Below are positions 1 to 8,459 of a DNA stretch of 64,000 nucleotides, piece after piece (positions within the stretch are counted from its first letter, which is position 1; each line of letters starts with the position of its first letter). Under the pieces are notes generated by a model. The model searched no databases. It had not been told where the DNA came from and saw only the letters and a list, made by a program, of their open reading frames with translations. Source of the DNA: a virus (taxonomy: Duplodnaviria > Heunggongvirae > Uroviricota > Caudoviricetes); the IMG/VR virus record IMGVR_UViG_2630968876_000001, positions 1-64,000 of that record. One strand, written 5' to 3'. The translations under genes and the position numbers were made by a program.

Positions 1-664
1 TCTGTGTGGAACTTGCGAACAGCCAGCATAGGCGAAGCCGCAGAAAGGGAAAGTGATTGTTTTATCAGCGGAAATAGCGATGGAAGCAGTGATAATAACG
101 GGCGTGATGTTAATTCCAGATGCGACTGGTGCTGGTGGATCGGTGCGGTGCGCGTGCTCACCCTGGGCGGGTGCGGATCGGCGTAAAAACCGCCCGCGCA
201 GGGCGGGCCAGACGAATCAAAAGGGGCAAATCTCGTAACACGCCTGCAAAGCGTCTCCTGCAAGCGTAGCGGCATAGTACACGATAAAGGTTAGTCGTAA
301 ATTAAGAATATTCTCTGCACTGAATCGTAAATCACTGACCGCCGGGAAGGCTGCGCCGGCGCCGGATGGCAGGCAAAAAAAGACCCGCAGGAGCGGGCCA
401 ACTGATTAGGAGTTCGTCACTATTTTAGGAGTCGGTATAAAGTATAGCCGAAGCGGTGAATCCCGTATGACAGGCAGAAAAAAACCCGCCGGAGCGGGTT
501 AAGTCATTCAAACGGAGGTTTTATCTCACTCGCAGCCACGATACGCGGTTGCGGTGAGAGAGAACAGAGTAAAGCCTTTCAATTCAGATAACTGCGATAC
601 CGCGCTCACGGTTTAAATTACAAGCCGCTTAACCTGGCCTCTTATCCATCTTGAGGCCACCAGC

Positions 665-1096
665 ATGAAAACCAATACCTTCACACCTGCTCCGATCGCC
701 GCCGGCGAAACGCTTTCCGTCAGAGAGGGCATCGGCCTGTCTTATCCGCTTGCCCCGGTGCCACTGGTGATGACGTTAATCGGCAACGACGGCACGCGGG
801 CGCAGCTTACAGTGAATAACGGAAAGGTGACGTTCGAGGGCGATCCTGACGCTGCAGCGGATATGTTTATCGACGCGGTGACGCGCCGGCACGCGCAGCA
901 GTGGACCGAACAGCAGCAGAAGCTGGATAAAGCGGAGGCGCAGCTGGCGCAGTACTCGCACCATAACGGCCTGATGATGCTCTCACAGCGGCTGGTGGAC
1001 GCAGAGAAAGAGCGCGACACGCTATGGGCGGAAGTTCACCGCCTGCGGTCGGGCGGTAACGTTCACTGTAATCAGTGTATAAGCTGTAGTGAGTGA
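665..1096 (+). CDS. hypothetical protein, 143 aa
   Basis: Intact ORF with a strong rho-independent terminator immediately downstream (1111-1134). No recognisable motifs. Confidence 0.5.
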   Translation: MKTNTFTPAPIAAGETLSVREGIGLSYPLAPVPLVMTLIGNDGTRAQLTVNNGKVTFEGDPDAAADMFIDAVTRRHAQQWTEQQQKLDKAEAQLAQYSHHNGLMMLSQRLVDAEKERDTLWAEVHRLRSGGNVHCNQCISCSE

Positions 1097-1110
1097 GTTA
1101 CAGCCAATAA

Positions 1111-1134
1111 AAAAGCCCCTTAACGGGGCTTTTG
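1111..1134 (+). terminator. rho-independent terminator
   Basis: Hairpin gcccc-ttaac-ggggc followed by TTTT, directly after the stop of the 665-1096 ORF. Confidence 0.7.
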
Positions 1135-1250
1135 GCAAGGCTGCATGGGTCACTTAATCAAATGCTATAATTACATATAATTTAGATAGTGGGGTAGTTA
1201 ATTTACCCCAGCTCCGCACACTGCCTGATGCTGATCAGCGTTACCGGTGC

Positions 1251-2051
1251 TTATTCCGATGCCGCCGGCGCAGCCTCTGCCGCTGCGGCCACCAGCTCCG
1301 GCTCAGGCTGTGGGGCGTCAGTTTTCGCCTTTCCCAGTGCAATCGTGCGCAGCAGCTGCGCTTTTTCAACCGCTTCCTGCACCAGATCCTGATCCATACC
1401 CACTACAGCATATTTATCCAGGCCTTCCATGCGGTAACGGTCGAGCTCCGGCACGAACTGCAGCATGTTCTTTTCGTTATCCGGCGTCAGGTAAACCAGC
1501 CGCCCCTGCGCGTCCGCGCCGGCAGGGAACAACACCCAGGCACGCTGGCCCACGCCCAGAACCTGCAGGAACAGCAGGGAAACCGCCAGCGGCAGAGACT
1601 GCGACGCGCAGCTGACGTGCTGCTGCCTGTCTACCAGCAGGCCGTGGCTCTGCACATCATAGGGGTTAAAGCGGGAAACGGTCTCCGCGCGCCACTGGCC
1701 CGCCAGGGAACCCGACACAAACGCCTCGCCGGTTACGTTCATCGGCAGCTGGCTCATGAGGTGCTGCGCAAAGCTATGATCCATTGACGGCATCAGCAGA
1801 CGGGCGCCCGTTTTCTCATTGATGGCTTTCACCGCTGCAGCGCGTTCTTCGTCGTGCGCCGGCAGCGACTGCTCATGCGCCAGCCAGAACGATTTATCGT
1901 CATTCTCATGGCTCCAGACGGTAACGCCTTCAACGTTCTGCGGGGTAAAGCCCATCGTGGCCAGCAGGGCGATTTCCAGATCGGCAGGGCTGATCTCGCC
2001 TTTCCCGTTAAGCTCAATGGACGTTTTGCTGCTGAGAATATATTTGGTCAT
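1251..2051 (-). CDS. hypothetical protein, 266 aa
   Basis: Long ORF on the same strand as the downstream dUTPase and cre genes, tightly spaced (stop 10 bp after the dut start). No motif recognised. Confidence 0.55.
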   Translation of the reverse strand: MTKYILSSKTSIELNGKGEISPADLEIALLATMGFTPQNVEGVTVWSHENDDKSFWLAHEQSLPAHDEERAAAVKAINEKTGARLLMPSMDHSFAQHLMSQLPMNVTGEAFVSGSLAGQWRAETVSRFNPYDVQSHGLLVDRQQHVSCASQSLPLAVSLLFLQVLGVGQRAWVLFPAGADAQGRLVYLTPDNEKNMLQFVPELDRYRMEGLDKYAVVGMDQDLVQEAVEKAQLLRTIALGKAKTDAPQPEPELVAAAAEAAPAASE

Positions 2052-2060
2052 GGTCTGGCC

Positions 2061-2705
2061 TTACTTGCTGGTGGTTTTCTTGGTGGTCGTGGTGGTCTTG
2101 GTCTCTTCAGCTGGCTCAGCATCCGACGACTCTGCAGGGGCATCCTGCGACGTTACAGGCACGTCAATTGGCGCTGGCTCCTGCGAGACTGCTGCGGTGC
2201 TGTCGTCGGCCGGCGTGCTGTCGGCAGCAGGCGTCGGATCGGTTTCCGCCGGGGTGGTGGAGCCAAAGCCGTTGTCGCCGCGGTCGGTTTCGGACAGTTC
2301 ATCAACTTCTGTCCAGGTGACCGGCTCCACCTTCTCAATCACGGCCTGCGCAATGACCATGCCCGCCTTCGGCTCGATGGCCAGACCGCCTTCGTCGGCA
2401 ATCATGCGCAGCTTGATCTCACCACGGTAGTCGCTGTCGATGATGGCCACGCAGTTGGACGGGCGCAGGAAGTTAGCGGTACCCAGCCCGGAACGCGCGT
2501 AAATCTTCATGCAGTAGCCCTCGGGGATCTCCACGGCCAGCCCGGTAGTGATCCACCACGCGCGCGGCTGGCGGGCGCCGCCCTGCGTCTGTACAACGTT
2601 GAGTTTCACGTCCAGCGCGGTGATATCCCACGCTGCAGCGCCTTTTGAGCCACGGAAAGGCAGGACGGCATCAGGGGTGAGGCGTTTAATCTTTACTTCA
2701 GGCAT
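2061..2705 (-). CDS. dut: dUTP pyrophosphatase (trimeric dUTPase) with an unusual ~75-aa Thr/Pro/Asp-rich C-terminal tail ending in a K/T-rich stretch
   Basis: Conserved dUTPase motifs: AIIDSDYRGEIKL (motif III) and RGDNGFGSTT (motif V). The tail ...PAETDPTPAADSTPADD...KTTTTTKKTTSK is low complexity. Confidence 0.85.
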   Translation of the reverse strand: MPEVKIKRLTPDAVLPFRGSKGAAAWDITALDVKLNVVQTQGGARQPRAWWITTGLAVEIPEGYCMKIYARSGLGTANFLRPSNCVAIIDSDYRGEIKLRMIADEGGLAIEPKAGMVIAQAVIEKVEPVTWTEVDELSETDRGDNGFGSTTPAETDPTPAADSTPADDSTAAVSQEPAPIDVPVTSQDAPAESSDAEPAEETKTTTTTKKTTSK

Positions 2706-2708
2706 GAC

Positions 2709-3185
2709 TTACTCCGGATTTTTGAAGGTGTAGTGACGGCGGTAGCTTGTCGAAAGAGGCGCAAGCGGGACGTCGTGAAATTCCACCAGCCCGCGCTCAA
2801 TCAGGCGGCGGACGGGTTTAAGAAACTGCGCGCGGATCACGCCGTACTCGTTGAAAACGTCTGATGCAGTAATGACGTTTTTCTGGTTGAGCAGGGCGAG
2901 AATGTTGTTTTCCATCTTGGACATGCGGACCGGCGCAAGGGACGCAATAAATTTCACGGGGCGCGCCAGGCGATAGCTTTTCTCCGGCGACAGTTTGATC
3001 AGGCCGATATCCATCAGATCGGCCAGCGACTCGCGGATAGCGCAGGCGGACGTCTCAGCGGGCAGGGCGGCGGTAATGCCCCGGCGCAGGGCTGATGGCT
3101 TCTCGGTCAGCAGCGCCAGAATAGCGGAAGCGGTTTCCGGGTACCTGGCGCGAAAAATACCTAATTTAGTTAAAAGTCTGCTCAA
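2709..3185 (-). CDS. hypothetical protein, 158 aa
   Basis: ORF abutting dut on the same strand; no clear motif. Confidence 0.5.
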   Translation of the reverse strand: MSRLLTKLGIFRARYPETASAILALLTEKPSALRRGITAALPAETSACAIRESLADLMDIGLIKLSPEKSYRLARPVKFIASLAPVRMSKMENNILALLNQKNVITASDVFNEYGVIRAQFLKPVRRLIERGLVEFHDVPLAPLSTSYRRHYTFKNPE

Positions 3186-3291
3186 AGTTCTGTTATCCTT
3201 GCCAGTGGTTTATTTCAGAATCCAAAACCCAATGGTTATGAGTAAACCCGATTGAACGGAATCAGGGAGCCAGCGATGGCTCCCTTTTTCT

Positions 3292-3750
3292 TTAGTCCTG
3301 CGTCCACTTCTCGCCCGTATCAGCACACACCACGCCATGACACACGCGCCCCTGATCCAGACGATAGGCCATGCCCCCCAGCTTTATGCGTTTGCGGCAG
3401 TGCTGCGCGCCTGACAGATAGGCATGCGGAACGGCGGAATCAATCGCCCCTTCCTCGGTGCACAAGCCGTCCTCAGCATCGCTGTAGCCGCGGGCAAACT
3501 CGCTCAGCACTTCGCGCCGATCCTCAAAACGTATTGTTTCGCCCCGGTCCTGGCAGCGGGCGTACTCAATCGCGCCATACTTCGCCAGAGTGGCAATGGT
3601 TTTGGGGTGCCTGAAAATCTCCTCGCCCCAGTAATGCCCGGTGCAGGAGTCAACGTAAGAGCCGTTGGAATAGGTGCCGATAGGATTAGAGACGTCGTGT
3701 GCGGTCGCCACTGCGACGAAGAAGTTAACGACGTTGCCGGTAACAGACAT
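3292..3750 (-). CDS. hypothetical Cys-rich protein, 152 aa
   Basis: ORF in the operon downstream of cre; several Cys/His residues (CTGH, CHGVVC). Confidence 0.45.
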   Translation of the reverse strand: MSVTGNVVNFFVAVATAHDVSNPIGTYSNGSYVDSCTGHYWGEEIFRHPKTIATLAKYGAIEYARCQDRGETIRFEDRREVLSEFARGYSDAEDGLCTEEGAIDSAVPHAYLSGAQHCRKRIKLGGMAYRLDQGRVCHGVVCADTGEKWTQD

Positions 3751-4082
3751 TATTGCCCCGCAAAAAGCCGCTGGCGGCTGCTGAACGTGGGTTTACCCTG
3801 CTGGCTGAATGCGTCGTCCACCAGCCCGACAAATCCGGCAAATTCCTTTCTGTAATACTCCAGGAGTTTATTTGCGGCGCGGTCGGTGATGTTGGAAACG
3901 TAGTAGCAGGCGCTGTGTCGGTCGCGGTAGGTCTTATCGAGGGTCAGCAGCGGGGCTGCTTCTGACAGGGTGCTGACACCAAACTCCACCAGCGCAACTC
4001 CGCCGCGCATAATGGCGGTAAAGCTCAGCTGGTGGGCGTCTATGTCAAAGGTGCGGTGCAGCAGTATCTGTTGTGTGGCCAT
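3750..4082 (-). CDS. hypothetical protein, 110 aa
   Basis: ORF whose stop overlaps the next gene's start; preceded upstream (4143-4168) by an operator-like motif. Confidence 0.45.
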   Translation of the reverse strand: MATQQILLHRTFDIDAHQLSFTAIMRGGVALVEFGVSTLSEAAPLLTLDKTYRDRHSACYYVSNITDRAANKLLEYYRKEFAGFVGLVDDAFSQQGKPTFSSRQRLFAGQ

Positions 4083-4142
4083 CGTTAATCGCAGGTGCGG
4101 GACGGCCTGAATTGTGGGCTAAAAAACGCCAGGTTACAACGG

Positions 4143-4168
4143 TAATTTATTTAGAATTATGTGTGTTT
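4143..4168. promoter_or_regulatory. C1-operator-like motif (taATTTATTTAGAATTATGTGTG)
   Basis: Member of a repeated motif family (see 16938, 18324, 60158, 63951). The reverse complement ...TTCTAAATAAATTA resembles the P1 C1 operator consensus ATTGCTCTAATAAATTT. Located between the cre stop and the next minus-strand gene. Confidence 0.35.
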
Positions 4169-4176
4169 CATATCGG

Positions 4177-5208
4177 TCATTCTCCGTCGAGAATCCCGGA
4201 CATTTTGCCTTTCTGGCTTTCAGAGCGGCGCAGGTAGCGCATAACGGTTTTCGGGTCAGTCCAGGTGCCTTCCTGCATGATCTGCGTGATGGTCGCGTCG
4301 CGCTCCGCCATATCCATCGCCGCGCCCACGCGCGCACTATGGCCGGACCATTTCGTGTAGCGCCCTTTATTGTCTTTAACCGGATCTTTACCCAGCAAAT
4401 CCCACGCATCTTTGAAAATCTTCTCCGTGGCCGGGGCGCTCATGGGCTTTTCCGACACGCCGGCCGTGTTGTTGTGGCGGACGGGACCGAATATCACGGC
4501 GTCGGGGCAGTTAATCAGCCCGGATACGTCCAGCCAGCGCAGCAGGTGGCCGGCGGCAGATTTGCTCAGGTGCTTTATCACGCCAGCGGCAGTCACCATC
4601 GTTTTTGTGTGGGTCAGGTTAACGATCACATGGCCGCTTTCGTCGATATCCAGATCGCGTACCCGGATGCGGCTCAGTTCAGACATACGGCACAGGGTGT
4701 TATAGGCCAGATACAGGAACGCCAGATTGCGCATATCGGTGAGTTTGTCAGACCGGCTCATGAGGTGCGACAGCAGCTGCAGATCCGAAAGCCGGAACGG
4801 TATGGCCTGTCCGGTTCGCTCGCCGCCCACCACGGCCTCGCGCTTGATGCGCTTCATGGCGCGCTGTACGTCCACGTTCAGCAGCAGCTGCGGCAGGCCG
4901 CACTGTTTGCAGAGCATGTTCATCATGGCGTAGTGCTTTTCGATCGTGCTCGATGCAAGCCCGCTTTCCGCCATAGACAGAAAGTAAATGCGGGCCAGCT
5001 CCGGATCGATTGGCAGATATGACAGGCCACGCGCATTGCACCACGTCGCCCAGCGCCGGATCACCGAAAGCAGATCGCGGAATGTATTCTCAGAATATGC
5101 GGCTTTATCGGCAATAAAGCGGCGCAGGTTATTTGCGACGTCCTGCGGCGTCAGCGTGGTTAATTCCGCCGGAATCACGCTGCTTTTAATTTCCGCTAAA
5201 TGTCTCAT
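4177..5208 (-). CDS. cre: Cre-like tyrosine site-specific recombinase
   Basis: Alignable by eye to P1 Cre along its length: LLSVIRRWATWC vs LLSVCRSWAAWC; RMSELSRIRVRD vs RIAEIARIRVKD; WSGHSARVGAAMDMA vs WSGHSARVGAARDMA; a VMRYLRR Tyr nucleophile region; ...LDGE C-terminus vs LEDGD. Confidence 0.92.
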   Translation of the reverse strand: MRHLAEIKSSVIPAELTTLTPQDVANNLRRFIADKAAYSENTFRDLLSVIRRWATWCNARGLSYLPIDPELARIYFLSMAESGLASSTIEKHYAMMNMLCKQCGLPQLLLNVDVQRAMKRIKREAVVGGERTGQAIPFRLSDLQLLSHLMSRSDKLTDMRNLAFLYLAYNTLCRMSELSRIRVRDLDIDESGHVIVNLTHTKTMVTAAGVIKHLSKSAAGHLLRWLDVSGLINCPDAVIFGPVRHNNTAGVSEKPMSAPATEKIFKDAWDLLGKDPVKDNKGRYTKWSGHSARVGAAMDMAERDATITQIMQEGTWTDPKTVMRYLRRSESQKGKMSGILDGE

Positions 5209-5361
5209 CTATATATTTCCCTCAAAAACAGCATGGCGTCGCTACGCAAAAGTTATCAAAACGTCAGGGGGGTTATGCGTCAGATTTCACGTAGCGACGC
5301 CTGGCGATTGTTCGTTGCCTCTTCGCTCAGAATCCGTACAGAATGCCACGATTTGCACCAA

Positions 5362-5392
5362 CTGATCATTTGATCATCCAACTACTGATCAA
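5362..5392. promoter_or_regulatory. cluster of three TGATCA (GATC/Dam) sites in the cre upstream region
   Basis: aacTGATCAttTGATCAtccaactacTGATCAag, between the lox-like site and the cre start. P1 cre promoters are known to be Dam-sensitive. Confidence 0.3.
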
Positions 5393-5409
5393 GCATACAT
5401 GAAAGCTAT

Positions 5410-5443
5410 CAAACTTTATATAATGGGTATTATTTAAAGTTTC
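5410..5443. promoter_or_regulatory. lox: lox-like recombination site (13-bp inverted arms flanking an 8-bp spacer)
   Basis: CAAACTTTATATA-ATGGGTAT-TATTTAAAGTTTC. Arms are inverted repeats (11/13) and resemble the loxP arms ATAACTTCGTATA / TATACGAAGTTAT. The site lies ~200 bp upstream of the Cre-like gene, as loxP does relative to cre in P1. Confidence 0.6.
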
Positions 5444-5653
5444 ATTTCCCGGCCAAAAACAGGCGCGGCGCGTGCTGAAGCGTCAGAAAAGTGTAAAATT
5501 TAGAATCCGGGAGGTTTTTCCGCGTGATCGGTCTCAGGGCTTCATATATGATCATCTGGCAGTCTGGTTTGTTACTTCGGGTTATAGTTCTGACTCGTAA
5601 CATTGCAGGTAACATAAAGCGTAACGGTGGCGATAACACCTGTGAGAGACATG

Positions 5654-5672
5654 CGGACTTGTAGATAATTTA
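5654..5672. promoter_or_regulatory. possible operator upstream of the C1-like repressor gene
   Basis: gtagATAATTTATAAGGtcac resembles the ATTTATTTAGAA motif family; located ~140 bp upstream of the c1-like start. Confidence 0.25.
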
Positions 5673-5804
5673 TAAGGTCACTAAATACGGACTATTCTTA
5701 ATATAGGGGTTTCTAAGAAGTTATCGTTTTACAGCATTTCTTTGCCCGTCTATATTTCCGCTTATTAAGTCCAGAGAGACTGCACAGCTGCCGCCTAAAA
5801 ATTT

Positions 5805-6893
5805 TTGGAACACATTATGCCTAAGTTTAGCGACGTAGAATTTGAACAAAGCTATAAACATTTCCTGCAGGTTCAGCGTGAATGGTTCGGCCTCATTACA
5901 CCTCTAATCGTGTACTCAGAGGAAAACGCCAATGGCGAAGATGCACGCCCGATTGCCTTCACGAACGACAAAAAGATTCTGGACCGCGCACAGCACCTGA
6001 TTACCGAATGGCAGCGCTTTGCAGACCTGGCGGACGCCAAGCGCGCAGAGACCCAGGCTAAAACGCTGGCCGTCCATATCTCGTGCTACTCGCCGGTACC
6101 GACGATCATGGTAAACCCGCGCAAGGTAATAGTAACCCGTTTTCCCGGAACGTCATCAGGCAAAGCCACCCGTGAGAGCATTCTGAACCGCTATCACCAG
6201 CAGCTGCGTAAGCTGGATAAGGTTCCTTTTGCTGCCGGCGCTATCCTCTCACTGAAAGAGGAAATGAAGGCCTTTGAAAACGCACCGGAAGGGGCGCTTT
6301 ACCGCCTGCGCATGAGCAACTACTTCGATACGCAGGTTATGGCGCGGTTTGACAGCCCGAACGATGAAAGAAACGTGGATAACTACCGTTACGGCGCTCA
6401 CGGCATGCTGATTTACAGCGAGTACATGGATCTTAAAACGGATTTCACGGCAAACCTGAATCCCTCCAGCGGTGCAGTATCAGTATTTGACCTGATAAAG
6501 CCGCTGCCATGCGCCGTGCTGCCGTCCGCCACTGTTTACCTGATGGACGACGTGGACGCCGCCAAGCTCCACCACAAGCAGATTTACGTCATTGAGACGG
6601 CTATCTACCAGCGCGAACGCCTGTTTAAAAAGCGCAGCGAGGCGCTGATGTTGCGCTCCAGCACGCAGGAACAGGCGCAGAAAGCGCAGGAGAAGATTAA
6701 AGCTGGCGCAGAAGCGGTTGCTGAACTGAATGACATGGATCGTGAACTGATGAACATGAAAACAGCGGCCGGCGACACTGAATTGCTGACCGTGCCGGAA
6801 ATGCGCGCGCGTTATGCAAATGAGTTTGGTCGCCGCAGTGGCCATACTCTGCAGCAGCTGGTGGAGCGTGCGCAGAAGCTCAGAAAGGTATAA
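5805..6893 (+). CDS. c1: C1-like immunity repressor (longer than P1 C1)
   Basis: Local similarity to P1 C1: YSPVPTIMVNPRKV vs YPVPNILRGVRKV; YRLRMSNYFDTQVMARF vs FRMRVHGFSETMLRVH. Position between the lox/cre and pacB-like genes on the opposite strand, as in P1. Confidence 0.65.
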   Translation: MEHIMPKFSDVEFEQSYKHFLQVQREWFGLITPLIVYSEENANGEDARPIAFTNDKKILDRAQHLITEWQRFADLADAKRAETQAKTLAVHISCYSPVPTIMVNPRKVIVTRFPGTSSGKATRESILNRYHQQLRKLDKVPFAAGAILSLKEEMKAFENAPEGALYRLRMSNYFDTQVMARFDSPNDERNVDNYRYGAHGMLIYSEYMDLKTDFTANLNPSSGAVSVFDLIKPLPCAVLPSATVYLMDDVDAAKLHHKQIYVIETAIYQRERLFKKRSEALMLRSSTQEQAQKAQEKIKAGAEAVAELNDMDRELMNMKTAAGDTELLTVPEMRARYANEFGRRSGHTLQQLVERAQKLRKV

Positions 6894-6904
6894 CCGGACA
6901 GCAT

Positions 6905-6932
6905 GAAAAGGGCGCACAAGCGCCCTTTTTTA
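6905..6932. terminator. bidirectional rho-independent terminator between the convergent c1-like and pacB-like genes
   Basis: aaaagggcgcacaagcgcccttttttatt: perfect hairpin flanked by an A-run and a T-run. Confidence 0.7.
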
Positions 6933-6947
6933 TTGCCTGGCTGGTGG

Positions 6948-8459
6948 TCACGCCAGCAGCGCATCCAGCTCCTCCAGCTCTTTGAGTTTGCTCTCCGCAA
7001 AGTCTGCCATGCCTTCGTCAATCTCTGCCTCTGCCGGACGGTAACCCGTCAGGAAGATAAAGCAGTACGTGTCCCAGCGGTCAGGCGACTTGATGTTGAG
7101 TTTCTGGCGCATCTGAGGCTTCGGCACCATCATGATCCGCCCCATTTCATCCATGTAATACGGTATCTTCGATCCCTGCTCTGCCGTGTGCTGAGAGGCG
7201 TCTATGCGCATCCTGCCGGACCGGACAGCATCAGCGGCCATGATGTTCGCCCAGGCGCGCTGATTCTTGAAGCGCTCGCGCACCTTCTTACTGAACGGCG
7301 GTTGCCCCCAGCGGATATTGACCGCATTCACGCCCCGGCGCTCCAGCTGCTTCAGCGTGGCAGAGCCCACACCGTCACCATCGACGGCAATCGTGATCCC
7401 CGGATAGCGCTCCTGCGTACACTCGTTAGCGATGAAGTCACCGAAGGATATCGGGTCCATCGTGCCAGGCATTTCCACCAGCTTAAACGACACCACGCGC
7501 CGCGCATCGCCATGCCCGGACACCCTGCAGATGTTGAGTATCGACTTATCGCGCCCGTTACCGACGTCAGCGGTAGCCACCCAGCCCCAGCCTTTCTCCA
7601 GGTATACTTTGCGCCGCGCGGCACGATCGCACTCGTCACGCCCCAGCAGATAGCCGCTGATGTTGCGCGGGAAGCGCCCCAGCACCTTCACCATGTACTC
7701 CAGCGAGTCGCGCCCGCCATACTCCAGCAGCTTTTCCCTGATGAATTTCAGAGTAACGTGCGGCGCCTCCTCAGAATTAAGGACAATGGCATTCCAGATC
7801 CCGTCCGGGTTATCGGGGTTACGGGCTAACGAATGGTGCGAGTCATAGAAATAGCCGCTTGGCCGCGTAGGCTGCGACATCATCAGCATGCGGTTATCGG
7901 TCTCTGTCAGCGCACCACGCATGATAGCGATCGCTTTATCAGAGATACCCGACGCTTCATCGAGGATCAGCAGGATATGCGCGGCGTGCTCGCCGGCCAG
8001 TGCCTCTTCGTTACCGAGGCGGAAGCCCTTACAGAGCACTTCCCATATCCCCTTACGAGACTTCTCATAAAACATGGTGTCCGTGAGGGTGAAGTAGTTC
8101 TGCAGCCAGGGGTGACGTTTGGCGGCGTTAGCCCAGTAGGTTTTGACGTACTTGAATACGCCCGTTTTAACCTGCCCGATTTTGTTGGCCACGATGATTA
8201 CGCGCGCATCCGGGAACATGATCATGTAAATCAGCAGCATCATAGCCGTCAGGGATGATTTACCGGTACCGTGGCCGGACGTTACCGTAGTCTGGCTTCC
8301 GGTCTCCTGTACGGAGTTAAGTATCTCTTCCTGCTGCCAGGTGGGGATAAGGCCAAACAGCTCGACTACTGCCGTCGCCCAGTCATAGCGATAGCGGATC
8401 ACCATGTCGCGCCAGCGCGGATCGGTGGTGACGCTCCTGATGCGTTTTTTGCCGCTCAT
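6948..8459 (-). CDS. pacB: terminase large subunit (PacB-like)
   Basis: Walker A TSGHGTGKSS, Walker B LILDEASGI, and a C-terminal nuclease-like region. Size 503 aa vs P1 PacB 494 aa; overlaps the pacA-like stop. Confidence 0.88.
   Translation of the reverse strand: MSGKKRIRSVTTDPRWRDMVIRYRYDWATAVVELFGLIPTWQQEEILNSVQETGSQTTVTSGHGTGKSSLTAMMLLIYMIMFPDARVIIVANKIGQVKTGVFKYVKTYWANAAKRHPWLQNYFTLTDTMFYEKSRKGIWEVLCKGFRLGNEEALAGEHAAHILLILDEASGISDKAIAIMRGALTETDNRMLMMSQPTRPSGYFYDSHHSLARNPDNPDGIWNAIVLNSEEAPHVTLKFIREKLLEYGGRDSLEYMVKVLGRFPRNISGYLLGRDECDRAARRKVYLEKGWGWVATADVGNGRDKSILNICRVSGHGDARRVVSFKLVEMPGTMDPISFGDFIANECTQERYPGITIAVDGDGVGSATLKQLERRGVNAVNIRWGQPPFSKKVRERFKNQRAWANIMAADAVRSGRMRIDASQHTAEQGSKIPYYMDEMGRIMMVPKPQMRQKLNIKSPDRWDTYCFIFLTGYRPAEAEIDEGMADFAESKLKELEELDALLA

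Noticed and set aside
4159-5022. 287-aa plus-strand ORF antisense to cre, and similar antisense ORFs over dut (1854-2648), the 358-aa gene (17518-18120), tail fiber (44606-45214) and tape measure (50969-51658)
   Set aside because: All overlap well-supported genes on the opposite strand and have GC-rich spurious composition without motifs.
5393-5400. Exact loxP spacer octamer GCATACAT ~10 bp upstream of the lox-like site
   Set aside because: Flanking 13-mers (aactactgatcaa / gaaagctatcaaa) are not inverted repeats and do not resemble lox arms. An 8-mer is expected by chance about twice in 64 kb on two strands.
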